DNA of 64,000 nucleotides, taken from Kovacikia minuta CCNUW1 (lineage in GTDB: Bacteria; Cyanobacteriota; Cyanobacteriia; Leptolyngbyales; Leptolyngbyaceae). The position numbers were made by a program, and so were the translations under genes. The stretch lies in contig NZ_CP083582.1 of assembly GCF_020091585.1 (NCBI RefSeq), positions 4,348,536 to 4,412,535 on the forward strand, in the 5' to 3' direction. Positions 9,664 through 18,992 of this stretch are shown here, in pieces (position 1 is the first letter of the stretch; every line of letters starts with the position of its first letter). The notes beneath the pieces were generated by a model. It was given only the letters and a program-made list of their open reading frames with translations, did not search any database and was not told where the DNA came from.

Positions 9664-10140
9664 TTAAGAGACGGTGGAATCAACGCCCATTGGTGAAACA
9701 AAATCCCGGAATAGCGTGATCTGTTGTTGAAACTCCAATCCCTGAATTTTTCCAAATAATTGCTGTGCTTCGTTTGAAAGCTTGTAATTAGAAGGCATGG
9801 GAATAATTGAGCCACTGTCCATTCCTTCTGCTAAGAAGTACCAGAACAGAAGCTTTGTGGTATCGCTCAATGCACCGTATTCGCGGGTTAGTTCGGTGTT
9901 TTTGTGGGCAATCAAATCCCGCTGAAGCTGCAATTGCTCCTCCTGAGACAGTTGGGCTACCTGGTCAAACAACCCCTGGGCAATCTCTGGAGAAACCGTG
10001 CTGGCTGCTGGAGCAGCAGGGGTAATGGATTTGCCTGTTTCTTTATAAATGAAGTAGAACAACGCAAGCTGCTGGTCCGCATCCAGACCTTGAAACGCCT
10101 GTAGCAATTCATTAGCAGTATTTGATGTCGTATAAGTCAT
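9664..10140 (-). CDS. Helical carotenoid protein (HCP; homolog of the OCP N-terminal domain)
   Basis: 158 aa. 'FQGLDADQQLALFYFIYKETGKSITPAAPAAS', 'KLLFWYFLAEGMDSGSIIP', 'IQGLEFQQQITLFRDFVSPMG' are collinear with the OCP-NTD signature. Confidence 0.8.
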   Translation of the reverse strand: MTYTTSNTANELLQAFQGLDADQQLALFYFIYKETGKSITPAAPAASTVSPEIAQGLFDQVAQLSQEEQLQLQRDLIAHKNTELTREYGALSDTTKLLFWYFLAEGMDSGSIIPMPSNYKLSNEAQQLFGKIQGLEFQQQITLFRDFVSPMGVDSTVS

Positions 10141-10295
10141 AGAAATCCTCGAAACTCACTTATTGAAAGTTAACAAAAGACCTGGATGAATTAACCCAAC
10201 AAAAGGTAGAAGCTGAGAATCTTCCTGAAGTCGGAGGAAAGTTAAATCGCTTTGCACAACAGTTGTGAGATGTAGATCTGACGGGGATTTGACCC

Positions 10296-11180
10296 ATGAC
10301 TGAGATGGCTGGACGGCTACAGGATAAGGTTGCGATTATTACAGGGGCAGGCACCGGAATTGGGGAAGCGATCGCCCACAAGTTTGCCAAAGAGGGAGCA
10401 AAAGTCGTTGTAAATGGACTACCTGACGATCCCATTGAAGATGTGGCAGCGTCTATTCGCAAATATGGAGGGGCCGCAATTACGTATGCCGGTGATGTTT
10501 CCGACGAAACCTACGCCCAAGCGTGTGTGCAAACCGCGATCGATGTTTACGGCAAACTCAATATTTTGATCAACAATGCGGGTGTTTTTCTGACGAATGC
10601 AGAAATTGATGAATATCCAGTGGCGGATTTTGATCGCACGATTCGGATGAATCTGCGATCGGCATTTTTAATGACAAAACATGCCATTCCTCACCTCAGA
10701 AAAACCAATGGCAATATTGTTTCGGCTGGATCGGAAGCGGGTTTCAACGGTTTAGCTCAGAATGCTCCCTATGGTGGCACCAAGGGCTGGATGCACTCTT
10801 TCATGATGGGAATTGCGGTTGAACAAGCCAAGTATGGGATTCGTGCCAACTGCGTTTGTCCAGGGGCGATCGACACTGCCTGGACGCATAAAGAAATCGG
10901 ACCGATGGATAAGCAGATGGAAACCATGCTAATCCAGGCAACTCCAATGGCACGGCGCGGCACACCAGAGGAAATTGCCAATGTTTATGCCTTTCTTGCC
11001 TCCGATGAAGCCAGCTACGTTACCGGCGCACTCTGGTTAGCCGATGGCGGCGTTACGCCTGCCAAGGGTCCTGCTGGCAAGCAAACTCCCTTCTGGAAGC
11101 GCACCGAACCCGAAGGTGAACTCCGGTTGGAACACTCCAGGGAAGGGTTGGCAAACAAGGAAACGCATCAGGTTAAGTAA
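10296..11180 (+). CDS. SDR-family oxidoreductase with an atypical ~45-aa C-terminal extension
   Basis: 'KVAIITGAGTGIGEAIA', catalytic 'YGGTKGW', 'WLADGGVT', then an extra '...PAKGPAGKQTPFWKRTEPEGELRLEHS...' tail. The start may be the Met at 10305 or 10296. Confidence 0.8.
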   Translation: MTEMAGRLQDKVAIITGAGTGIGEAIAHKFAKEGAKVVVNGLPDDPIEDVAASIRKYGGAAITYAGDVSDETYAQACVQTAIDVYGKLNILINNAGVFLTNAEIDEYPVADFDRTIRMNLRSAFLMTKHAIPHLRKTNGNIVSAGSEAGFNGLAQNAPYGGTKGWMHSFMMGIAVEQAKYGIRANCVCPGAIDTAWTHKEIGPMDKQMETMLIQATPMARRGTPEEIANVYAFLASDEASYVTGALWLADGGVTPAKGPAGKQTPFWKRTEPEGELRLEHSREGLANKETHQVK

Positions 11181-11184
11181 AAAA

Positions 11185-11209
11185 GGTGTCAGGTGTCAGG
11201 TGTCAGGTG
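11185..11209. repeat. STRR heptamer (GGTGTCA/TGTCAGG)n
   Basis: Direct read. The same heptamer recurs at 8575-8612, 17395-17440 (reverse) and 61240-61262. Confidence 0.8.
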
Positions 11210-11308
11210 ATACGGGAATTAAGAGTTTTGAATGATGAATTTTGCCCCTAACCCCTACCGTCTGACACCTACCACCTATTCCCCTCTGCCTTTCATTCAG
11301 GAGAAAAG

Positions 11309-12091
11309 ATGCAACTTACCAATAAAGTCGCTCTCATCACAGGTGCCGGATCGGGAATTGGCAAAGCAGCGGCGTTGCTGCTGGCAAAGGAAGGGGCAAA
11401 AATTGCAGCCGTTGATCACACACCGGAAGAGAGCCAGGAAACGATTGAGAAGATCCAGCAAGATGGGGGTGAAGCGATGACGACGATCGCCGATATCTCC
11501 CAACCCAGGCAGATGCAGGAAGCGATTCAAAAGATTGGCGAGCAGTTCGGGCGTATTGATATTGTCTTTGCCAACGCGGGAATTAACGGGGTTTGGGCAC
11601 CGATCGAAGAACTGGCACCGGAAGAATGGGATAAAACAATCCAAACCAATCTCAAGGGAACATTTCTTACGGTTAAATATGCGATTCCCTACCTCAAGCA
11701 GCAGGGGGGTTCCGTGATTATTACCTCCTCGGTGAATGGCACCCGTATTTTCAGTAACACGGGGGCAACTGCCTATTCCTGTTCCAAAGCTGCCCAGGTT
11801 GCCTTCACCAAAATGGTTGCGTTGGAGTTAGCCAAATACCGGATTCGGGTAAATGTCATTTGCCCAGGGGCGATCGAGACTGCGATCGGTGAAAGTACCC
11901 AACAACGAAACCTGGAGAAAATCAAAGAACCCGTCGAATTTCCTCAGGGTAGAATTCCCTTAACCGACGGCAAACCCGGAACTGCCGACCAGGTTGCCCA
12001 ACTCGTATTCTTCCTCGCCTCCGATGCGTCCAACCACATCTCAGGTACAGAAATTTGGATTGATGGCGCAGAATCCTTACTGCAAGGGTAG
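11309..12091 (+). CDS. SDR-family oxidoreductase (3-oxoacyl-ACP reductase-like)
   Basis: 'KVALITGAGSGIGKAAA', 'YSCSKAA', 'ICPGAIET'. Confidence 0.85.
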   Translation: MQLTNKVALITGAGSGIGKAAALLLAKEGAKIAAVDHTPEESQETIEKIQQDGGEAMTTIADISQPRQMQEAIQKIGEQFGRIDIVFANAGINGVWAPIEELAPEEWDKTIQTNLKGTFLTVKYAIPYLKQQGGSVIITSSVNGTRIFSNTGATAYSCSKAAQVAFTKMVALELAKYRIRVNVICPGAIETAIGESTQQRNLEKIKEPVEFPQGRIPLTDGKPGTADQVAQLVFFLASDASNHISGTEIWIDGAESLLQG

Positions 12092-12094
12092 GGA

Positions 12095-12256
12095 GTAGGG
12101 AAAGGATGAAGGATAAAGGATAAAGGATAAAACAGCTTTTTCGCCCCATCATCTCTCCTCACCTCCTCACCTCCTCACTTTCCCCATCTCCCCTACCCCC
12201 TCCATCTCTTTCCTCCTCACTCCTCACCCCTCACCCCTCACTCCTACCCTCCCCCC
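12095..12256. repeat. Low-complexity CT-rich / (GGATAAA)n heptamer cluster
   Basis: 'ggataaaggataaaggataaaac' then 'cctcacctcctcacctcctcac...cctcacccctcacccctcactcc'. Confidence 0.7.
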
Positions 12257-14579
12257 ATGCCTCAATATTTCGGAAAACTTCCTTCCACTGCCCAAGCCTG
12301 GTCAACCTTAGGAGCGGTGCAATCCTTTGAACAGAATGAGCGGGGTATTGGTTTAGATTGTGGTGGTGCCCGGTTGCTGATCACTGTCCTGGCACCCAAT
12401 CTGGTTCGGGTTCGAATGGCACCCAGCGGTGAGTTTGCACCCCGCCGCTCTTGGGCAGTAACACGGGATGATGACGAATGGGATAGGGTTTCCTTCTCGG
12501 TGGAGCAGGAAGAAGATGCGATCGTGCTCAAAACAGAACAGGTCACGGTTCGCATCGATCGCCATCCCTGTCGGATTGTTTGTCAGAACCAGGCAGGGCA
12601 GGTTTTTGCACAGGATACGGATTTGGGCATGGCGTGGTCTGCCAGTGGTGTTTCAGTCTGGAAAAAGATTGAGGCAGACGAACACTTCTACGGCTTTGGC
12701 GAACGAACCGGGTTGCTCGACAAATTGGCAGAACGCAAAACCACCTGGGCGGTCGATGCCGTTGATTTCAGCTCGCAAACCGACGAGATGTATCAGGCAA
12801 TTCCATTTTTCACAGCGCTACGCCCAGAACTAAGCTATGGAATATTTCTCAATTCCACGTTTTGGAGCCAGTTTGATTTGGGCGCTCAGAAGTATGGCAT
12901 CTGGCAGATGATTACCCGCGCTCCAGAATTAGACTACTACATCATCTATGGTCCAGCACCCGCTCAAATTCTTGCCACCTATGCCGATTTAACCGGGCAC
13001 ATGCCATTGCCGCCAAAATGGGCGCTGGGCTACCATCAATGTCGCTGGAGCTATGAGTCAGAAGCAGTGGTACGGGAACTGGCGCAAACCTTTCGCCAGC
13101 GTCGGATTCCCTGTGATGTGATCCATCTTGATATTGATTACATGCAGGGCTACCGGGTTTTTACCTGGCATCGGCGGCGGTTTGCCAACCACAAAGCTTT
13201 ACTACAAGAATTGTCAGAAAATGGGTTTAAAACCGTAACGATCGTCGATCCCGGTGTCAAATACGAGCCGGAAGCAGACTATCCCATCTTTGAGCAGGGG
13301 TTAGAACAGGATTACTTTGTGCGGAAATCGGACGGGGTTCTCTTTCATGGCTATGTCTGGCCTGACAAAGCGGTGTTTCCAGATTTCATGCGCCCCGAAG
13401 TGCAACAGTGGTGGGGAGAACAGCATCAAGTCTTAACAGATGCCGGGGTCGCTGGCATCTGGAATGATATGAACGAACCCTGCATGAACGATCGCCCCTT
13501 TGGCGAACCGGGCGAAAAAATTTATTTCCCTCTGGATGCACCCCAGGGACCAATGGACGAACGGGCAACCCATGCCGAAACCCACAATTTGTACGGTTTA
13601 AAGATGGCGCAGGCGTGTTACCAGGCAATGGAACAACTGCGCCCCAACGAACGATCGTTTGTGTTGACCCGATCGGGGTTTGCCGGAGTGCAACGCTGGT
13701 CATCGGTCTGGATGGGAGACAACCATTCGCTGTGGGATCACCTGGAAATGTCATTGCCCATGCTTTGCAACATGGGTTTATCTGGGGTTCCCTTTGTCGG
13801 TAGTGACGTTGGCGGATTCGCCGGAAATGCCACGGCTGAACTGTTTGCCCGCTGGGTTCAGGTTGGAATGCTCTATCCGTTCATGCGGGGACATTCAGCC
13901 CTAACGACGGCACAGCATGAACCCTGGGTGTTTGGCGATCGGGTTGAAGCCATCTGTCGGGAGTACATCGAACTACGCTATCGCCTGCTACCTTACCTCT
14001 ACAGCCTCTTTTGGGAAGCTTCCACCACGGGCGCACCGATTCTGCGTCCCCTGCTCCTACCATTACCCGCAGGATCGCCGCACCTATGCCCTGCACGATC
14101 AGGTGATGTTAGGACCATATTTGATGGCAGCCCCCATTTACCATCCTGGGGTCGAATGCCGCGCGGTTTATTTACCCCAAGGAACCTGGTACGACTGGTG
14201 GACGGGCGATCGCCACGAAGGACCGGTTCACATTCTGGCGCACGCCCCCCTGGAACGGATGCCACTCTATGCCAAAGCAGGCGCAATCATTCCGATGCAG
14301 CCTGTCATGCAATATGTTGATGAACGCCCTGTGAATGAATTAACCCTAAAGATTTATCCGGGAAATGGAGAATGGACCCTTTACGAGGATGATGGTCACA
14401 GTTTTGCCTATCGGAATGGTACCTGGACAACCACAACCTACCAGACCCATCAGGAAGGTCAGCAGATTATCCTTGAAGTTACCGCCCGTCAGGGAAACTG
14501 GACTCCCCCAGAACGGGAAGTGATTGCAGAATTAGCCGAAACAGGAGAATCTTTCACCCTGGTAAACCGACTTTCTTAG
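12257..14579 (+). pseudogene. GH31 alpha-glucosidase, apparent +1 frameshift near 14055-14075
   Basis: ORF 12257..14320 carries GH31 motifs ('GIWNDMNEP', 'WMGDNHS'). After 'APILRPL' its translation becomes nonsense. The correct C-terminus ('YHYPQDRRTYALHDQVMLGPYLMAAPI...YLPQGTWYDWWTG') is in ORF 13917..14579 in another frame. This is a single-nucleotide indel in 'cgtcccctgctcctac'. Confidence 0.75.
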
Positions 14580-14893
14580 GATCGTGAATTCAATAACTCG
14601 AACAACCTTTACCTTTACGGGCGCGGCATTCGGCAGCGATTTCTGCCACAATTGTAAGGACTTTCTACCGAATGCCACGACCCTACGCAGAATTGCACTT
14701 TAATCAATCCGCGATTCTTAGGATCGCCAATTAAATAACCTACAAAAGTCGATGTTATTTAATTCTTGTTCCTTAGTAAGTAGTCTTCATGACCTTCCTC
14801 AGGAATCAAGAGTCAGGAGCCAGAAGGAGCTAACCATATTGGCTTCTAACTCCCAGCTCCTGAATTCTATTTTTTAGTCAGCCATCCACTCGA

Positions 14894-15082
14894 TTAGTAC
14901 GGGTAATAGCAGTGGCGGCGGTGATGACGCCAGTAGCAGTGGCGGCGGTGATGCCAGGGGCGACGCCAGTGACCATGATGACCGTGGTGATGACCGTGCC
15001 CGTGATACCCGCCATTGATTTGAGAAGATTCCGATTCGGAAATTTCACTGAAAAGATTGGTGTTGTCCGTTGAGGTTTGCAT
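14894..15082 (-). CDS. Small precursor peptide: double-glycine-type leader plus His/Arg/Trp/Tyr/Cys-rich core (putative bacteriocin/RiPP-like)
   Basis: 62 aa: 'MQTSTDNTNLFSEISESESSQINGG|YHGHGHHHGHHGHWRRPWHHRRHCYWRHHRRHCYYPY'. The leader has E at -8, I at -4 and GG. A good SD (AAGGA) lies 7 nt upstream of the ATG. There is an internal tandem DNA repeat. It lies in a 900-bp intergenic region. Confidence 0.45.
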   Translation of the reverse strand: MQTSTDNTNLFSEISESESSQINGGYHGHGHHHGHHGHWRRPWHHRRHCYWRHHRRHCYYPY

Positions 15083-15488
15083 AGTTTTAGTCCTTTAAGG
15101 TGAAGGGGGATTGGTTTGGGTGGTAGATTGCGCCCTTCCAGGACTTTTGAATGCCCTATTGAGTTATCTCAGGCAGGGGTAGGAATTATGCAAACAAAAG
15201 GCAGAAATTTTTGCGCCCTCCAGGATCAAAATGAGGTGGAGGAGCGGCAGAGGATGCTGGGGTATGTCCTGATACCGATTTACAGCAGCCATCACAGCAG
15301 CAATGACCCTCGATCAGCATAAAATGAATGGATTCCGTCGCTTTAAAGCTCCCGATCGCCCGATCACACCACTGCCCAACGGGCTGCCCCATCACTTTAT
15401 AGTGAACTGATAACAACTCCCTTCAACCTTCCGGCGCGGGTTACGCTAACGCTAATCTATTCTGCAAGTAACTATTCTCAGAAATTCC

Positions 15489-17327
15489 ATGAAAATTGCG
15501 ATCGCCCAACTGAACCCAACTATCGGTGACCTCTCTGGCAATGCCCAACGCATTCTGGAAGCAGCCCGTCAAGCAGCGGAACAGGGAGCGCAGTTGGTGC
15601 TAACACCAGAACTTTCCCTTTGTGGCTATCCCCCCCGCGACCTGTTGATGCACCCCGGTTTTGTTGAAACGATGGCAGCCACCCTGAGGCAACTGGCAAT
15701 AGATCTGCCGCCCCAGCTTGCTGTCCTGGTGGGAACCGTGGAGATCAATTCCAACTCTCTCCTAGAAGGTGGAAAGCCCCTGTTCAACAGCATGGCACTG
15801 CTAGAAGGCGGCAGACTCCAGCAAATCTTCCACAAACGCCTCCTCCCTACCTACGATGTTTTTGATGAAGACCGCTACTTCGAGCCAGGGAAACAGCCGA
15901 ATCAGTTCGTTTTGAGGGATGAGGGCGGAGGGATGAGGGATGAAAATTCCACGAATCTTTCATCCCTCATCCCCCATCCCTCATCCCTTCATATCGGCGT
16001 CACTATCTGCGAAGACCTCTGGAACGATGAGGAATTTTGGGGCAAGCGGAGTTACCAGATTAATCCGATCGCCGATCTTGCCCGTCAGGGCGTGGATCTG
16101 ATTATTAATCTTTCGGCTTCTCCTTACACGGTGGGTAAACAAAAACTCCGGGAGGCGATGCTGAAACATTGTGCCGTGCGCTTTAACCAACCCGTGATTT
16201 ATGCCAACCAGGTGGGAGGCAACGATGACCTGATTTTTGATGGCAGCAGCGTTGCCTTTAACCGTCAGGGTGAATTAGTCTGTCGTGCGCAGGCGTTCGC
16301 CAGTGATCTTGTGTTTGTGGAACTTCAGAACGGTGACTTGCAACCCGGCACTGTGGCGACTTCACCGGAAGGGCCAGATGCGGAGATCTGGTCAGCCCTG
16401 GTGTTGGGCGTCAGGGACTACGCGCGCAAATGTGGTTTCTCAAAAGTTGTCGTTGGTTTAAGTGGTGGAATCGATTCTGCCCTGGTTGCCGCGATCGCCG
16501 CTGAAGCGATCGGTCCCGAAAATGTTCTGGGAGTACTGATGCCCTCTCCCTACAGTTCTGACCATTCGGTTAAGGATGCGCTGGCGCTGGCAAAAAACAT
16601 TGGCATCCAGACGCAAACGCTTTCTATTGGCGAGTTAATGCAGGGTTACGACCACACCCTGGAAGCACTGTTTGCCGGAACCGAGTTTGGGCTTGCCGAA
16701 GAAAACATCCAATCCCGAATTCGGGGCAACCTGCTAATGGCAATCTCCAATAAATTTGGGCATCTGCTCCTCTCGACGGGCAATAAATCCGAAATGGCAG
16801 TTGGCTACTGCACCCTCTACGGCGACATGAATGGCGGATTAGCCGCGATCGCTGACGTTCCCAAAACCCGCGTCTACTCCATTTGCCAGTGGCTAAATGA
16901 AAGGATGAGGGCGGAGGGCGGAGGGATGAAAGAAGGGATGAGGGCGGAGGGCGGAGGGATGAAAGAAGAATTAGATTCATCCCTCATCCCTCATCCTTCA
17001 TCCCTTGAAGTCATTCCCTCTAACATCCTGACCAAGGCTCCCAGTGCCGAACTTAAGCCAGGACAGGTGGATCAGGACTCGTTGCCACCCTACGAAATTT
17101 TGGATGAGATCCTGGATCGGTTCATCCTGGAGCACCAAACGCCCGATCAAATAATTGCAGCGGGACACGATTCCCAAGTGGTAAACAAGGTAGTGAAACT
17201 AATTAGCAGGGCAGAGTTTAAGCGACGGCAGGCTCCTCCCGTTCTAAAAGTGACCGATCGTGCCTTTGGGATGGGTTGGCGGATGCCGATCGCCAATCGT
17301 TGGATACCTGAAGCACTCCAGCAGTAG
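15489..17327 (+). CDS. nadE: Glutamine-dependent NAD+ synthetase (NadE; CN-hydrolase plus synthetase domains) carrying two in-frame repeat insertions
   Basis: 'MKIAIAQLNPTIGDLSGN...PELSLCGYPPRD', 'ICEDLW', 'GLSGGIDSALVA'. The 612 aa are about 55-60 aa longer than usual, because of the inserts at about 15912-15992 and about 16899-17009. Confidence 0.9.
   Translation: MKIAIAQLNPTIGDLSGNAQRILEAARQAAEQGAQLVLTPELSLCGYPPRDLLMHPGFVETMAATLRQLAIDLPPQLAVLVGTVEINSNSLLEGGKPLFNSMALLEGGRLQQIFHKRLLPTYDVFDEDRYFEPGKQPNQFVLRDEGGGMRDENSTNLSSLIPHPSSLHIGVTICEDLWNDEEFWGKRSYQINPIADLARQGVDLIINLSASPYTVGKQKLREAMLKHCAVRFNQPVIYANQVGGNDDLIFDGSSVAFNRQGELVCRAQAFASDLVFVELQNGDLQPGTVATSPEGPDAEIWSALVLGVRDYARKCGFSKVVVGLSGGIDSALVAAIAAEAIGPENVLGVLMPSPYSSDHSVKDALALAKNIGIQTQTLSIGELMQGYDHTLEALFAGTEFGLAEENIQSRIRGNLLMAISNKFGHLLLSTGNKSEMAVGYCTLYGDMNGGLAAIADVPKTRVYSICQWLNERMRAEGGGMKEGMRAEGGGMKEELDSSLIPHPSSLEVIPSNILTKAPSAELKPGQVDQDSLPPYEILDEILDRFILEHQTPDQIIAAGHDSQVVNKVVKLISRAEFKRRQAPPVLKVTDRAFGMGWRMPIANRWIPEALQQ
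15912..15992. repeat. Palindromic (GAGGGATG)n hairpin cluster inserted in-frame in nadE (encodes ...RDEGGGMRDENSTNLSSLIPHPSSLH...)
   Basis: 'gagggatgagggcggagggatgagggatgaaa...tttcatccctcatcccccatccctcatccc' with inverted arms. No stop codon in the gene frame. Confidence 0.75.
16899..17009. repeat. Second palindromic (GGATGAGGGCGGAGG) hairpin cluster inserted in-frame in nadE
   Basis: 'aaggatgagggcggagggcggagggatgaaagaagggatgagggcggagggcggagggatgaaagaa...ttcatccctcatccctcatccttcatccc'. Encodes 'ERMRAEGGGMKEGMRAEGGGMKEELDSSLIPHPSSLE'. Confidence 0.75.
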
Positions 17328-17443
17328 CGATTAGAGCCAGAGCAAATACTGGGTGTGAAATCCTGGTCGAGTCCTTTTGAGACGGGCTGTTTCTTCCCTG
17401 ACACCTGACACCTAACATCTGTCACCTAACACCTGTCACCTAT

Positions 17444-17791
17444 TTACCGGGTTGGGCGTAAAATGGTGGGGCGTTCAAACTGAGATAAATCCTGCTGGAT
17501 GCTCAAGTCTTGACTGATTTTCAACACCCCTTCTTGCAGAAACAGTCTTTTTCGAGTCAAAGTCTCTACTTCCTCTTCCATCTGTCGCCGCCCTTGCTGA
17601 AAGAAGTCTTGAGAGTTTGAGCGCACTAAATCACGGGAAATCTGTTGAACTTGAGCCGGTGTCAATTGGACAGATGGACGGACTTGAGCAAACGCAGCAT
17701 CCTTCGCCATCAACGGAGTCAAAGAAAGAGTAATGAAGACACTGTAAACAGTAAGTTTCATAACATTGAATCCAAGTAAAGGCTTGCTCAA
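17444..17791 (-). CDS. Hypothetical small secreted protein
   Basis: 115-aa ORF. The internal Met 'MKLTVYSVFITLSLTPLMA' resembles a signal peptide. I recognise no domain. Confidence 0.35.
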   Translation of the reverse strand: MSKPLLGFNVMKLTVYSVFITLSLTPLMAKDAAFAQVRPSVQLTPAQVQQISRDLVRSNSQDFFQQGRRQMEEEVETLTRKRLFLQEGVLKISQDLSIQQDLSQFERPTILRPTR

Positions 17792-17875
17792 AAACTGTTG
17801 AGCTTATCCCTTACCTCAAACTAACGTCTGCCAATCGTCTTTGCCCTCCTACTATCAGACGATTGCTTGGCTCAG

Positions 17876-18008
17876 GGGTGAGGGAGAAGAGTTTTGAGTT
17901 TTGAGTTCTAAGTTTTGAGTTGAAGATGAAGGGGGAATGGGGAGTAGGGAGTGGGGGAAGAGTTTTGAGTTTTGAGTTCTAAGTTTTGAGTTGAAGATGA
18001 AGGGGGAG
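17876..18008. repeat. About 70-bp unit tandemly duplicated (about 1.9x) containing (GTTTTGA)n heptamers
   Basis: 'gaagagttttgagttttgagttctaagttttgagttgaagatgaaggggga...' repeated at 17886 and 17956. Confidence 0.7.
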
Positions 18009-18092
18009 TGCTAAGTATGCGATGTCTCCGCGTCTTCCGTGTCCCCTGTCTCCGTGTCTCCTTCATCCTTCATCCCCCATCCCTCATCCTTC

Positions 18093-18198
18093 CTAGAACG
18101 CCGGTACAGAAACCGGGTTTCTTCTGTGAGATGCTCAAGTTTTGTTGAATATCCTCACCAGAAACCCGGTTTCTCGAAATACTGTACCGATGCTCTAG
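18093..18198. mobile_element. MITE copy 2 (106 bp)
   Basis: About 95% identical to 2510..2613. Its terminal 'gctctag' supplies the stop codon of ORF 18195..18992. Confidence 0.65.
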
Positions 18199-18992
18199 GC
18201 CCGCTGAGCAACTGCAATGGGGCGATCGAGTTTGGCAGCTTTATAGTGACCATTGGGATACTGGTCAATGTGCTGAAAGATTGCAACGGGAGGGGCAACT
18301 CGGCAGGTAAAGAATTCGATCGCCACCTTCCCATCTGGGAAAACGCGGACTTTGGGAGATAAATCCTTGGGTTCTTCAATCTTCCACTGCCAGTGAACTT
18401 GGTTAGGAAGTGCATTGATCAGACGATGGTGCGTCCAGTTACAGAATTTGCCGATTGCACCAAACTCTTGCAGTTCACGGCACAAAATCGACGCAATCAC
18501 AAATGAAGCCGGGGAGCGATCGCCCTCAATTGCCTCCATGACATCGGGTAAAGCACCCTCAGGCTGGGGAGGATGGCTGCGATCGTCACGGTTGGATAAC
18601 CCTTTTTCCAGTTGAGCCGTTGTACTTAAAGCTTCTGGCACTGCCCAAATAACACCAACCCCATCCTTTGCATGGCGATGTAAATAGCTCACCAGGCGTA
18701 GTTCTGGTTTCAGTTTCAACCCCGGCAATTTCACCAATGCAGCACCGGGATTGGTTGAACTAATAAACCACTGACCTTTGGTATTGGGCGCATAGGTTGC
18801 CTCCTCGATCGGTCCCCCGAAGTTAAACAATTCTCCTAAATCACTGAGGGAATCTGGTTCTGGTAGTTGATCGACCTCATCATAGGAAGACCAGGTGCGG
18901 GGATGATTCTCTGACTCAGGAATGGTCAAAGTATTTTTGATGAGTTGTCGAATTTTTTGAGCGCTTTCGAGGGGAATTTTTTGAACAACCAT
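18195..18992 (-). CDS. Conserved hypothetical protein (C-terminus abuts or terminates in MITE copy 2)
   Basis: 265-aa ORF with no recognisable domain. Divergently oriented to the PilT-like gene. Confidence 0.45.
   Translation of the reverse strand: MVVQKIPLESAQKIRQLIKNTLTIPESENHPRTWSSYDEVDQLPEPDSLSDLGELFNFGGPIEEATYAPNTKGQWFISSTNPGAALVKLPGLKLKPELRLVSYLHRHAKDGVGVIWAVPEALSTTAQLEKGLSNRDDRSHPPQPEGALPDVMEAIEGDRSPASFVIASILCRELQEFGAIGKFCNWTHHRLINALPNQVHWQWKIEEPKDLSPKVRVFPDGKVAIEFFTCRVAPPVAIFQHIDQYPNGHYKAAKLDRPIAVAQRA

Noticed and set aside
15186-15416. 76-aa Cys-rich ORF ('...HCCCDGCCKSV...') upstream of the GG-leader peptide on the same strand
   Set aside because: No convincing RBS or leader, it overlaps an antisense ORF of similar size, and the Cys cluster is short. 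It would be worth a look only if the neighbouring peptide proves real.
15912-17009. Inteins or introns as explanation for the nadE and pyrD insertions
   Set aside because: Inserts are only 25-65 aa, lack intein splice-junction residues (N-terminal Cys/Ser, C-terminal His-Asn plus Cys/Ser/Thr) and have no group I/II intron structure. They are made of the same heptamer STRRs found intergenically.
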